A DNA stretch of 63,142 bases, filler included, from Chiloscyllium plagiosum (taxonomy: Eukaryota): assembly GCF_004010195.1 (NCBI RefSeq). It is 5 parts of one record of this genome, joined end to end, with 100 filler letters (N's around TTAATTAATTAA, not from the genome) between each part and the next. Parts side by side here need not be neighbours in the genome. Positions count along the whole stretch, not along the records: positions 22,135 to 38,258 come from NC_057711.1; positions 38,359 to 56,476 come from NC_057711.1; 3 more parts are not named here. One strand, 5' to 3'. Below the pieces are notes generated by a model, which worked only from the letters and a program-made list of their open reading frames with translations, ran no database searches and had not been told where the DNA came from. The position numbers and the translations under genes were made by a program. Numbering within the stretch: position 1 is the stretch's first letter; the number at the start of each line of letters is the position of its first letter. Of this stretch, positions 38,040-50,663 are shown one piece after another.

Positions 38040-38258
38040 TCTTTCAATCTACTCTAGTGATGGAGAGGGATAAGTGTGCACTACAGGGCAAGAGTTATAC
38101 CTGGGGGCAGGGAAATTATGATGCGGTGAGGCATGACTTAGGATGTGTGGCTTGGAAAAGTAAGCTTCAAGGCAAGGGCGTAATTGATATGTGGAGCTTG
38201 TTCAAGGAGCAACTATTGAGTGTCCTTGATAAGTATGTACCAGTCAGGCAGGGAGGAA
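38040..38258 (+). mobile_element. CR1 ORF2 fragment cut by the gap
   Basis: YTWGQGNYDAVRHDL...WSLFKEQLLSVLDKYVPVR, the EN-RT linker region. Confidence 0.75.
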
Positions 38259-38358
38259 NNNNNNNNNNNNNNNNNNNNNNNNNNNNNNNNNNNNNNNNNN
38301 NNTTAATTAATTAANNNNNNNNNNNNNNNNNNNNNNNNNNNNNNNNNNNNNNNNNNNN
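38259..38358. other. Artificial contig linker
   Basis: Same 100-bp spacer. Confidence 0.97.
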
Positions 38359-39650
38359 ACTGGATCACCCAGAGGTCACAGTCAGATTGGATCACCCAGC
38401 AGGACCACAGCGCAGTCAGACTGGATCACCCAGAGGTCACAGTCAGATTGGATCACCCAGCAGGACCACAGCGCAGTCAGACTGGATCACCCAGAGGTCA
38501 CAGTCAGATTGGATCACCCAGCAGGACCACAGCGCAGTCAGACTGGATCACCCAGAGGTCACAGTCAGATTGGATCACCCAGCAGGACCACAGCGCAGTC
38601 AGACTGGATCACCCAGAGGTCACAGTCAGACTGGATCACCCAGCAGGACCACAGCACAGTCAGGCTGGATCACCCAGAGGTCACAGTCAGGCTGGATCAC
38701 CCAGAGGTCACAGTCAGGCTGGATCACCCAGAGGTCACAGTCAGGCTGGATCACCCAGAGGTCACAGTCAGGCTGGATCACCCAGAGGTCACAGTCAGGC
38801 TGGATCACCCAGAGGTCACAGTCAGGCTGGATCACCCAGAGGTCACAGTCAGGCTGGATCACCCAGAGGTCACAGTCAGGCTGGATCACCCAGAGGTCAC
38901 AGTCAGGCTGGATCACCCAGAGGTCACAGTCAGGCTGGATCACCCAGAGGTCACAGTCAGGCTGGATCACCCAGAGGTCACAGTCAGGCTGGATCACCCA
39001 GAGGTCACAGTCAGGCTGGATCACCCAGAGGTCACAGTCAGGCTGGATCACCCAGAGGTCACAGTCAGGCTGGATCACCCAGAGGTCACAGTCAGGCTGG
39101 ATCACCCAGAGGTCACAGTCAGGCTGGATCACCCAGAGGTCACAGTCAGGCTGGATCACCCAGAGGTCACAGTCAGACTGGATCACCCAGCAGGACCACA
39201 GCACAGTCACACTGGATCACCCAGAGGTCACAGTCAGATTGGATCACCCAGCAGGACCACAGCGCAGTCAGACTGGATCACCCAGAGGTCACAGTCAGAC
39301 TGGATCACACAGCCGGAGCACAGCACAGTCAGACTGGATCACCCAGCTGGACCACAGCACAGTCAGACTGGATCACACAGAAGTCACAGTCAGACTGGAT
39401 CACCCAGCCGGACCACAGCACAGTCAAGCTGGATCACCCAGCCGGACCACAGCACAGTCAGGCTGGATCACCCAGAGGTCACAGTCAGACTGGATCACCC
39501 AGCTGGACCACAGCACAGTCAGGCTGGATCACCCAGTGGTCACAGTCAGACTGGATCACCCAGCTGGACCACAGCACAGTCAGACTGGATCACCCAGAGG
39601 TCACAGTCAGACTGGATCACCCAGAGGCCACCGTCAGACTGGATCACCCA
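38359..39650. repeat. Homogeneous 27-bp satellite (CTGGATCACCCAGAGGTCACAGTCAGG) with a 34-bp variant forming a 61-bp higher-order unit
   Basis: Near-perfect tandem copies; 27+34 alternation at 38359-38660, pure 27-mers at 38660-39175. Confidence 0.97.
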
Positions 39651-39689
39651 GAGAGAGTGAGGTCTGCAGATTCTGGAGAATCAGAGTGG

Positions 39690-42600
39690 TGAGACTGCGT
39701 CACTGAGAGGTCACAGTGACATGGATCACCAAGAGATTGCAGTGAGACCGGATGACTGAAAGATCACAGTAAGACTGTATAACGGAGAGGTCACATTGAG
39801 ACTGCATCATAAAGAGATAATGATGAAACTGTATCACCCAGATATCTCAGTAAGACTGTGTCATCAAGACGTCACAATGAGACTGTATCATCAAATAGTC
39901 ATCGTGAGACTGCATCACTAAGAGGACATGGCGAGACTGTATCACCAAGAGCTCACAATATGACTGTATATCACTGAGAACTTGTGGTGAGACTGTATCA
40001 CCAAGAGATCACATTAAGACTGTATCACCAATAGGTCACAGTGAGACTGTATCACTGAGAGATCACAGTATAACTGTGTCATCAAGAGGTCGCAGTGAGA
40101 CTGTATCATCAAGTGATCATGGTGAAACTGCATCACTGAGAGGTCATAGCAAGACTGTATCACTGAGAGATCACAATAAGACTTTACCACTGAGAGGTCA
40201 TGGTGAGACTGTATCACTAAGAGATCACATTAAAACTGTATCATTAATAGGTCACGGTGAGACTGTATCACTGAGCGATAACAGTAAGATTGTGTCATCA
40301 AGCGGTCACAGTGAAACTGAATCATCAAGAGGTCATGGTGAGACTGTATCAATGAGAGATCACAATAAAACTGTATCACTGAGAAGTCATGGTGAGACTG
40401 TATCACCGAGAAGTCATGGTGAGACTGTATCACCGAGAGATCACAATAAGACTTTATTATCAACAGGTCACAGTGAGACAGTATCACTGAAAGATCACAG
40501 TTAGAGTCTATCATCAAGAGGTCATGGTGAGACTGTATCACCAATAGGTCATGATGAAACTGTATCACTGAGAGATCACAGTAAGACTGTATCACCGAGA
40601 TGTCATGGTGAGACCGTATACCGAGACACCACAGTAAGACTGTATCACCGAGAGGTCACACTGAGACTGTATCACTGAGAGATGAATGGAAAACTGTGTT
40701 ATCAAGAGGTCACAGTGAGACTGTATTACTGAAGATCAAAGAATGTATCTTTGAGAGATTATGGTGAGGCTGTATCACTGAGAGATCACCGTAAAACTGC
40801 ATCATTGAGAGATTACAGTAAGACTGTATCACCAAGGGGTCACAGTGAGACTATTTCACTGAGAAGTCATGGTCAGACTATACAACAGAACACAGTGAGA
40901 CTGTACCACTAAGAGGTCACAGTGAGACTATATCACTGAGAGATTACAGTAAGATTGTCTCACCAAGAGGTCACAGTGAGATTGTATCACCGAGACGTCA
41001 TGGTGAGACTATATCACCGAGAGATTGTGGTGAGACTGTATCACTGAGAGATCACAGCAAAACTGTATCACCGATATGTCACAGTAAGACTGAACCACCA
41101 AGAGGTCATAGTAAGACTGTATGACCAAGAGATCACAGTGAGATTGTATAACCGAGAGATCACAGTAAGACGGTGTCACCAAGAGATCACAGTGAGATTG
41201 TATCACCAAGCAGTCATGGTGAGACTATTTCACCGAGAAGTCACAGTGACACTATACCAAGAGATCACAGTGAGACTGTATTACTGAGAGGTCATGGTGA
41301 GAATATATCACAGAGAAATCACAATAAAACTGTATCACCAAGAGGTCACGGTGAGACTGTATCACTGCGAGATCACAATAAGACTATATCACTGAGAGGT
41401 CATGGTGAGATTATTTCACCATGACCTCTCAGTGTATCACCAAGAAGTCACAGTGAGACTATATCTCAGTGTGGGTGGCACGGTGGCACAGTGGTTAGCA
41501 TTGCTGCCTCACAGCGCCAGAGACCCGGGTTCAATTCCCGCCTCAGGTGAATGTCTGTGTGGAGTTTGCACGTTCTCCCCATGTCTACGTGGGTTTCCTC
41601 CGGGTGCTCCGGTTTCTTCGCACAGTCCAAAAATGTGCAGGTTAGGTGAATTGGCCATGCTAAATTGCCCGTAGCGTTAGGTGAAGGGGTAAATGTAGGG
41701 GAATGGGTCTGCGTGGGTTGCGCTTCGGCGGGTCAGTGTGGACTTGTTGGGCCAAAGGACCTGTTTCCACACTGTAAGTAATCTAATCTATTCTATACCG
41801 AGAGATCACAGTGAGACTGGATCACAGAGAGATCACTGTAAGATTGTATCACCAAGAGGTCACATGAGACTGTATTACTGAGGGGTCATAGTTTGACTGT
41901 ATCACCAAGAGGTCAAAGTGAGACTGCATCACCAATAGGTCACAGTAAAATTGTATCACCAAGAGGTCATGGTGAGACTATATCACTGTGAGGTCGTAGA
42001 GAGACTGTATCACAGAGAGGTAACAGTGAGAGTGTATCTGTAAGAGATCACAGTAAGACTACTACTGAGAAGTCATGGTGAGATTGTATCACCAAGAGGT
42101 CACAGAGAGACTGTATCACCAAGAGATCACAGTATCACTGAGATGTCATGGACAGACTGTATAGTTGAGAGGTTATGGTTATATCATATCACTGACAGAT
42201 CAGGGTAAGACTGTATCACTCCAAGATCACAGTGATATTGTATCACTGAAAGATCACAGTGAGATTGTATCACTGCCAGGCCATGACAAGACTGTATCAC
42301 TGATATGTCATACTGACACTGTATGATCGACAGCTAATGGTAAGACTGAACCATTGAAAGGCCACAGCGAAACTGTGTCAATGAGTGGTCAAGATAAGAC
42401 AGTCCAACTGACAGGTCCTGATGAGCCTGTATCACTGAAAAGTCTCTGTGAGACTCTACCATTTACAAGTCACCATGAGACTATATCCATGAAAGGTCAT
42501 GGTGAGATTGTATCTCTGACAGGCCATAATAAGACTATTTCACAGAGAGATCACCATGAGACTGCATAATTGACACATCATGCTGAGAATGTCTTACTGA

Positions 42601-43700
42601 GTGTCACTATGTGACTGTATCACTGTTAGGTCTCAGTTAAATTAAGTCACTGATAGATGACAGTGAAACTGTAACACTGACAGGTAATAGTGAATCTGTG
42701 TCACAGATAAGTCACAGTGCTACACTATCACTGACAGGTAACAGCAAAAATAACTCGCTGACAGGTCACAGTGAAACTGTATCAATGACAGGTCAAAGTT
42801 AAATTGTATTATTGAAAGGTAACAGTGAAACAATCTTACTATAAAACTAACAGAGTGAAACTGTCTCACTTTAATAACCAACAGAGTGAAACTATCTAAT
42901 CTGGCAGTATCTATGGAAGAGAAATTGAATGAATATTTGCAATCCAATATGATTCTTCCTCTTCTGAAGTAACATCTCCACAGATGCTGCCAGACCTGCT
43001 GAGTTTCTCCAGTATTTTCTATCTTTGTTTCAAATTTTGAACATCCACAACATTTCATTTTCATTTCAGTGAAATTGTCTCATTAGGAAAACTAACACAG
43101 TGAAGCTACCTCACTTGGTTTCGACACTACAATCAAACCAGCTCAGTTGGATAACCAATACAGTTAAACTATCTCACTGTGATAACCAATACAGTTAAAC
43201 CATCTCACTGTGATAACCAACAAAGTGAAATGATCTCATTTTGATAACTGACAAAGTGAAATTATCTTGTTGGGATAACCATCGTTTAGAAACTATCTCA
43301 CTGTAATAACCAGCAAAGTTTAACTATCTCACTTGGATAACCAACAAGTGGAATTCACTGTGATATCCATCACAGAGAAATTATCTCACTGTGATGGATA
43401 TCATTATCAATTTCTCTGTGTTATCCATTAAAGAGAAACTGTTTTACCTATGATAAGCAACATAAAGAAACTATTTCACTATGAAAGCCATGCAGATAAA
43501 CTATCTCAACTCACAAATAAATGAGCCATGATATTGAACCAAGGAGTAGACCTGAGGAACTGAATGGCTTACTTTGGTTCCTATTTCATCTGTATGTATT
43601 TTAGTATCTCAGTAAGATAACTAACAGTGAAATTATGTACCTTGAATGACCGAGAGAATGAAACAATCTCACTGTGATAACTAACAGGGTGAACCAATGC
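39690..43700. repeat. Degenerate 27-bp satellite (GAGACTGTATCACCAAGAGGTCACAGT) grading into a 31-bp unit (AAACTATCTCACTGTGATAACCAATACAGTT)
   Basis: Periodic ctgtatcac/ggtcacagt motifs; 31-bp period at 43161/43192. Confidence 0.9.
41473..41790 (+). mobile_element. tRNA-derived SINE inserted in the satellite
   Basis: A and B boxes, (taatc)n tail. Confidence 0.93.
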
Positions 43701-44454
43701 ATTTAGTTTTCTCAGCCCCTGAATAAAGTGGGCAATAAAAGAGTCAGTTGGGAAGTATGGTGAAATTGGAAAAAATGAAATTCTTGATATTGAGGAAAAA
43801 AAGATTAGTTTTATGCTCAAGGTTTGAGCTGGGAGCTGAGAATTTTGTTTGTGAGTGGCAAGAGGCCTCTTCGCAAGCATTTATTTCTCTCATTATTTAT
43901 TCTCACCTCATTTACATACAAGTTCATATTTCCCATTTGGTGGAGAGTAACAAAACAACAACAATTCTTGATATAGATGTCAAGGTAGGATACCTGGTGG
44001 CTCTAGCTTGGTGTGTGTCCCTCCTGGGTAGCAATTGCTGACATCTGAGGGTGCACACTATGGGCAGTGATGGCCTGCACTGTTTGGTACCTAGAGGTCA
44101 GCATCAGATACATCGGTCTCACCATGTCATCAAGACACATCTCTGACTCACTCACTACACTGTTCCCCACATTAATACTGCACTTTGGAGTGCACCAACA
44201 CCTTTCATTGAATGCTGCTGCTGACAGGTCACTTTATGTGCAGGAATAGGCTCCCAACTCATGTATCAAAGTAAGGTGTATATCGGGGCTCTTTGCATGC
44301 TCTCTTCATACTCAGTCACTTTTCACCAACTTGAATACTAACACCATTCTGCCTTGTCTTGCCTTGAATTTTTTGCATTTTGGCACTTTATTCAGAACTT
44401 AAAGGCTCAATGTACTTTTGTTTTGCCTTGCATTTAATGCAGGCAGAAAGCCAT

Positions 44455-44900
44455 AAGACCATAAAATATTTGAGCAGAATTGGGCCATTCGGCTGATTGA
44501 GTCTGCTCTGCCATTCGATCATAGCTAATTTGTTTCTCAACCCCATTCTTCTGCCTTCCCCTCATAATCCTTGATCCCCTTATTAATCGAGAACCTATCC
44601 ATCTCTGTCTTAAATAGACTCAATGACTTGCCTCCACAACCTTTTGCAGCAATGAGTTCTACAGATTCACCACCCTCTGGCTGAAGAAATACATCCTCAT
44701 CTCAGTTTTAAAGGGTCACCCTTCACTCTGAGGCTGTGACCTAGTCTCTTTGACTAGTGTAAACATCTTCTACATCCATTCTATCCAGGCCTCCCATTGT
44801 TCTGTAAGTTTTAATGAGATTCCCCCCCCACCCAAACAATCTTCCTAAACTCTATCGCCTACAGACCCAGAGTCCTCAACCGCTCTCATATGTCAAACCA
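44455..44900 (-). mobile_element. CR1 LINE 3' fragment
   Basis: ccataagaccataa tail and CR1-type 3' UTR. Confidence 0.75.
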
Positions 44901-46092
44901 GGCAACCAATCATGATCGCCAGCATTCATCAGTCAAGATAGTGGATGTATTGCTGTGTGGTAATATGTTACATCAATGTCACACCTGCACTAACCTTTGC
45001 AGCAAACACACTGAATGTGCTCCAGCTAAATGGCTTTGTTTCAAAGTCTAAGGGGAGTTGTCTTCACTCAAGTCATGTGGGACTGTCATTAGTCAGATGG
45101 TATTGCCACAGCCAGTCAAATTCGATCTCAGTTCATGGGGTTTGGGCACAGTCAGTTGGCCACTTGGATGATCAAGGTCTTGAGTTCTGTATCACTGCAG
45201 TACGGGGAGTGGGCCATGCTCAAACCTGCAGGTCCAATATGACCAGTACAGAGATTCAATGTTAACCAATTGTGGAGCTACACAGAGGTCAGTAAGAGGT
45301 CTGATCATGAATCAATCATGCCGGTTTTTCCAAGTCAGTCACAGGGTGAAACCACCATCGATCATGGAGATCTGCTTGTTGAAATTCAAGTGAGGTTATC
45401 AGGGTCCATCGATGAGGTAGGAAAGTTAGGGAAGACTGTTGTGCAGGTTGGAGACAACATGCTGGGATATGGAGGCTATTATGATTGTGAGGGGAGGGAA
45501 CTCAACATATTAGGGTGGGAAATAGTAGTGTATTGGACAAGATCAGTGACAGTGGTAGGTCACCATTACCCAGGGGACATTGCAGCTCAATGGTTGGCAC
45601 AACTAGGCTGTAGGGCACTGTCACTACAACTGCACTACAAGCTCCTAACATAGGGTCCTAATATAGTGGAAGATGAAAATGTAATTGAAAGAGTTGGCTG
45701 GGAATGTCTAGAAACTCAGAAATGAAGGGGTCAACAAAAAGTGCAAGGAAGAAAGGAATATAAAGGCTTGGGTGGACCCCAAGATTAATGGATTGAACCT
45801 GTGATTCTCTCCATGAAACACAATTCATGTTGCATTCCATTCTCATTCGAATTGTAAATGCATTATGGCAAATGGAAAATGGCTACCAACACATTTGGAC
45901 AGGCTAGTGTTCGTGGTTTTGTCTATCTGAGCATGAGTTTCCCTCGTGAGCAGTGAATTTCAGGGGCAATTAGCCACATACATAATACATAATCTATGAT
46001 TTCTAATCACAGCATTCCACTTGTGAAATGCATGCAGCGTCCAACCGTGTCGGGTACAAATCTGGTCACAAGCAATCTTGACTATCATTGGT

Positions 46093-46735
46093 CATAGAAT
46101 CATAGAATCCCTACAGTGTGAAAACAGGCTCTTCGACTCAAAAGGTCCACACCAATCCTTAAAGAGTAACCCACCCAGACCCATTCACCTACTCTACTAC
46201 TCCCCATTTATCCCTGACTAATGCACCTAACAGGCAACATGTTGGCTCAGTGATTAGCACTGCAGCCTCACAGTGCCATGGACCCAGGTTCAATTCCTGC
46301 CTCGGGAGACTGTCTGTGTGGAGTCTCCTTGTGTCTGCATGGGTTTCCTCGGGATGCTCCTGTTCCCTCCCACAGTCCAAAGATGTGCAGATCAGGACTA
46401 TTAAATTGCATATAGTGTTAAGTGCTTTAGTCAGCGGGAAATGGGTCTTGGTGTGTTATTCTTCAGAGGGTCGGTGTGGACTTGTTGGGCCATACTGTAG
46501 GGAATTTCATCTCATAATCTCCACATCCCTGAACACTATGGGCAATTTAGTATGGCTAGTTCACCTAGTCTGCACATTTTTGGATCATGGGAGGAAACTG
46601 AAGCTCTCAGAAGAAACCCACAGACATGGTGAGAATGTGCAAACTCCACACAGACAGTCACCCAAGGCTGGAATCAAACCCAGGTCTCTGGCGCTATGAG
46701 GCAACAGTGCTAACCACTGAGCCACCATGCCACCT
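46093..46735 (-). mobile_element. tRNA-derived SINE (-) with a second SINE (+, about 46232-46515) nested inside it
   Basis: Minus copy has its tail at 46093 and head at 46735; it is interrupted by a plus copy with its own A/B boxes. Confidence 0.85.
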
Positions 46736-47049
46736 GTCATTGCGGATTGACCATTGATAGTTAATCTCTTCTAAGCATTCACCAACATGCTCATATATGA
46801 AATTCTGCCTTTCTTGGGTTTTGTATGGGTTGGATATTGGGACAAGGTTTCAGTACTAAACTTGCGATTTCCTACAGCAATTGTGTGGTTGGAATTGTGT
46901 TGTGTACACTGGAATAAGGTCTGGTATGTCACAGGGCCGTGCACAGGTTTTACATGGTGCTCCTTTTTCAAGTCTGCAGGATTATTAGATTTCCATAATC
47001 TGCAGCATTTTGCTTTGTTCAATGCTAATCCTATTGCCAATGCCCGAGT

Positions 47050-47780
47050 GAGAAATTGAGGAGGAATAAATGTGCCAGCAAGTCCAGGACCCACACCAAC
47101 ATCCAGTTGCTGCCAAACAGCTGAAGTCCTCGTAGGGCACCCAAGATTACCAGAAGCCCAGAGGCTATCATGAATGCCACTTCATCCATTTGAGCTGGGT
47201 GCATTGCCACTTCAGGCTGCAGATATCATAGGCACTATTTTAAAACTATACCAACTGCTAAAGCAGAACCTGTGGCCTGAAGGCTTAGATGGTGATCCAA
47301 TCCCAGTGGCCATCAAGGTGACAGCTGCGCTAAATGTTTATACAAATGGCTACTTCAAAGTCATCTCAGTCCAGAAGTGCATCAAGGCTGCTAGCGATGC
47401 AATTTGTTACAGATCACACTCCTTCATTTTGTTTCCTCTTGACAAGGTACATGCTGTAGCCAGGGAGCTAAGACCAGATGCCTTACAAGAATAGTGATCG
47501 GGAGACAAGGGATAACCTCTGCAACCATGGCCAGTGGCTCCATTATGCAAGAACTTGACTGAGGACAAGCATAAATATAATGCAGGCCATTTTCCCAACA
47601 TCTTGGAGCAGTTGTGGGGGGAGGGGGCGTGAAGAGGGTGGGAGCGTGGACCCTTGCCATACACTAGAAACAGAGCACTACATGATCCTGGCATGCTCTG
47701 CTCTGTACAACTGAAGCAGGAAAAAGGGGATGTCATTGAAGCTAAATAGGAGGAAGGTGACGACATTGTGTAGGAGAAAT
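47050..47780 (+). mobile_element. PIF/Harbinger DDE transposase remnant (HARBI1-like)
   Basis: ORF 47174-47494 PIPVAIKVTAALNVYTNGYF...VQKCIKAASDAI...FILFP. Confidence 0.75.
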
Positions 47781-47789
47781 TGTAAATTG

Positions 47790-50520
47790 TAGGATGTTTC
47801 CCTCTACGTGTTGTACTGCAAGAGGATTCCAAGATGGAGACCGAGACAGTTATACATCAAACTGCGTGTCATGATACATTGGTGACATCATGAGCATGTC
47901 CTTTAAAGGTATATTGCAGACTAACTGAGAGCATTGCATAGTAACCAAGAGCAGACCTGATTTTCGAAAGGAAAAAAAAATTAACTCTCAAACAGATATA
48001 CATTGTTGTACAGAGGCACCTGTTGGCTGGTTGATAATTATACATTGTCAGATTATATTCACTCCAGTACACCAAATAAGATGAAAGCAGAGGTAACAGG
48101 ATTTGCAATCCAAACTTCAGTATAATATTTTAAAGTTTGGACAACCTCCTGATCTGGTGACTGTATTTCTTGAAGAAGTATGCATTATTGTCAGTTGCTC
48201 TTTACTGACAACTTGGTTGTCTTGCTGCTGGTTGCTGTTATGCAGCATCAATACACAGTCATCATCATCAGAGTTTCCTTCCTTAGTCTCTGCACACATG
48301 ACTGCCATGTTGTACACTGAGTTGAACTGACGTCTGTTCTTTCATAATGTAGCACCATGATCAGTAATGATGTCATAAAATTTGGGCGGGTTACATATTT
48401 TCAAAACCTTTATAGATATTGTGGCTGTGTGTCTGGCGCGTACTGTGCTGAATGCATAATTGTAGTCATTCTCTACCTGGTCAATGGTTGTGCATTGCTT
48501 TTATTCTCCTCTATTTGAAGAGGAATGTCCTCTGTCTCAAAATGGTTAGTCAATTGATGGATAGAGAATGTCATTTACATTTGTCATTCAAGCGTAAGTT
48601 GTGCTGGGAATTCAATGTGTTGCATGATGAACGTGGAATTGATAGTACCACACATCATGCAAGGCATTTTTGAACATGAAGATTGGAGTGCAAATGTGAT
48701 AAGGGTCAATCTCCACTTAGCACACGTCTTAGAATTGTTTGCCAGTGAATTGCAGTACATTGTCAGATTATATTCACTCCAGTACACCAAATAAGCTGAA
48801 AATGAAAGTCATTGTTTCAGTGATAATTTCACTTGCTGTGTTGATAAGTCATCGAACAATGGGAAATTTGGTGAAGTAACAAAGCTGTGGATATAGGTAA
48901 AAACAAGGACTGCAGATGCTAGAAACCAGAGTCTAAATTAGAGTGGTGGTGGAAAAGCACAGCAGGTCAGGCAGCATCTACTGCAAATCCTCTTGTAAGG
49001 ATGCCTGCCTTGAAGAAGTTTTCTCTCTCAAAGCTGTGAATATGTTTGTTGCTATTTTTGTCCAAGCTGGATGCAAAGGCTCCCTCTGCTGGTGGGTTTG
49101 ATAATTGTTGAGTTGAGTGTGAGACATCCTGATTCATCCCTGGCCAGTGCAGAGATGCACTTGCTAGTTTTCTTGTGTATTCAATTCCTTCAAGTAACAT
49201 GATCTTGATGTCTTGGCATAGTACTTTTGGTATTAAGACTTATTTGCCATTGAAACTGACTCACTGTGGTAAATCAAATTCATCTCTGTGGCCAAAATTA
49301 ATGAATGTTCACAGGAGCTTCCGGAATATCATCAGGTCACGCTTTAGTAATAGACTTTACAACTCTTGTAGTTGCTCACTGTCAATTACAACTCTTCACA
49401 CTGGCAATGGCCAAAGTGTAATAGATCTACCTTGAGCTTGTCTTCAAAGTTGAGGTCAGCGGGTACATCAAGAGGAATATTGAGGTCCTTTTTCAGGTTA
49501 GGCTGTCTGCACAGTGCACCAAATGTAACCATCCTGGTACCGAGCTAGCATCTGACTTCAAAGTCATATCCTTGACAAGTAAATGCTGCAAATGTCAGTG
49601 AACTCATTGGTGATTTAGGAAGGATCATTTCTAGTGGCTTATGGTTTATTTCAGTGGTGAATTTGTTCCCAAGAAGTAAATGTGAAACCAAATTGTGCTC
49701 TATACCAAACCAATGTCTCGCACTCTATGATAGAATAGTTGGATAGATGGCAGGTCTTTCAGGTCAAAGCAATAAGATTTTGTTCTTGCAAACAAAATTG
49801 GTGCCTAGATCTTTTTATGATGCATCTATTTCCCAAATTGTGTCTTTCCTGGGGCCATGGTAGTGCAGTAGGCAAGAATTTGTTGACGGAATGTGCTAAG
49901 GAGAATTGTAACTACATTGGTGATCATCTTGCCTCACATAGGGGATGCCCTTCTTGAGCAAATCTCTCGCCAGTGACACCTTTTCCATGCAACTGGGAAT
50001 AAATGTTGAGAGGGAGTTGAAAAATCATGGTTCATCTTTACCCGGTGGGATGGACATTTGTTCAATATCCTCAAACTTGCTTGGATCTAGACAGACTCCA
50101 TGAGCAAAGTAAGTGGACCTGAAAAAACAAATGTGGTTATCATTTAAATGCCAATCTATATTATTGCTCTGCTATCATCAGTAAGAGCAGGCTGTGGTTA
50201 TGCTTTACCTCTGCCTGACCCATGACTGTATTATCAACAGCTACGTGAAAATGACCAGGTTCATTTTCAGTGATTGAATCTGTGTGCTGTTGGAATAGGT
50301 TTTGGCTTACTGATAGCTTAAATGGTAATGATGGGAAACAGTATCATTCAAAAGTCATGAAATGAAATTGGATGGACCAGGGGCCATGTAACCCCTTTAA
50401 TGCATTTTTCTGCCTTTTGGAATGATATCACTAATAAATAATGGCCTAAATTAGCATATTTCAGGCATTGGGGGAAGTAAATACCAAATATGGAGGGGTA
50501 ACATCACGCCAGCTTTGGTG
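47790..50520 (-). mobile_element. Degraded Ty3/Gypsy pol (RT-RNase H-integrase), with a Penelope-like fragment at 48901-49030
   Basis: Minus frames: GIEYTRKLASASLHWPGMNQDV (integrase zinc-binding region); NYSIIECETL and KFTTEINHKPLEMI (RNase H). Confidence 0.7.
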
Positions 50521-50567
50521 CTGAACTGAGGAAACAAAATAGCGGAACTAACAAACCTGTTCATAAC

Positions 50568-50663
50568 TGTAGAGATCGGACTGAGGTTGGCCAGGTGGAT
50601 GTTGTTGAGTGAGATATCCCTGATTGGGGCTATTAACCCTGGTTGATAGATATAAACAGGAGT
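50568..50663 (+). mobile_element. 5' part of an LTR-like element (TG start, TATA-like GATATAAA), broken by Tx1 insertions
   Basis: tgtagagatcggactgaggttggccaggtgg...ccctgattggggct...gatataaacaggagt. LTR identity is recalled from shark repeats; a likely continuation lies at about 53250-53300. Confidence 0.45.

Noticed and set aside
38387..39706. Long ORFs of 383-439 aa in three frames
   Set aside because: They are translations of a stop-free 27-bp satellite (LDHPEVTVR / GWITQRSQS), with no sign of a gene.
38359..43700. CRISPR-like periodic array
   Set aside because: No unique spacers and no cas genes; vertebrate tandem satellite.
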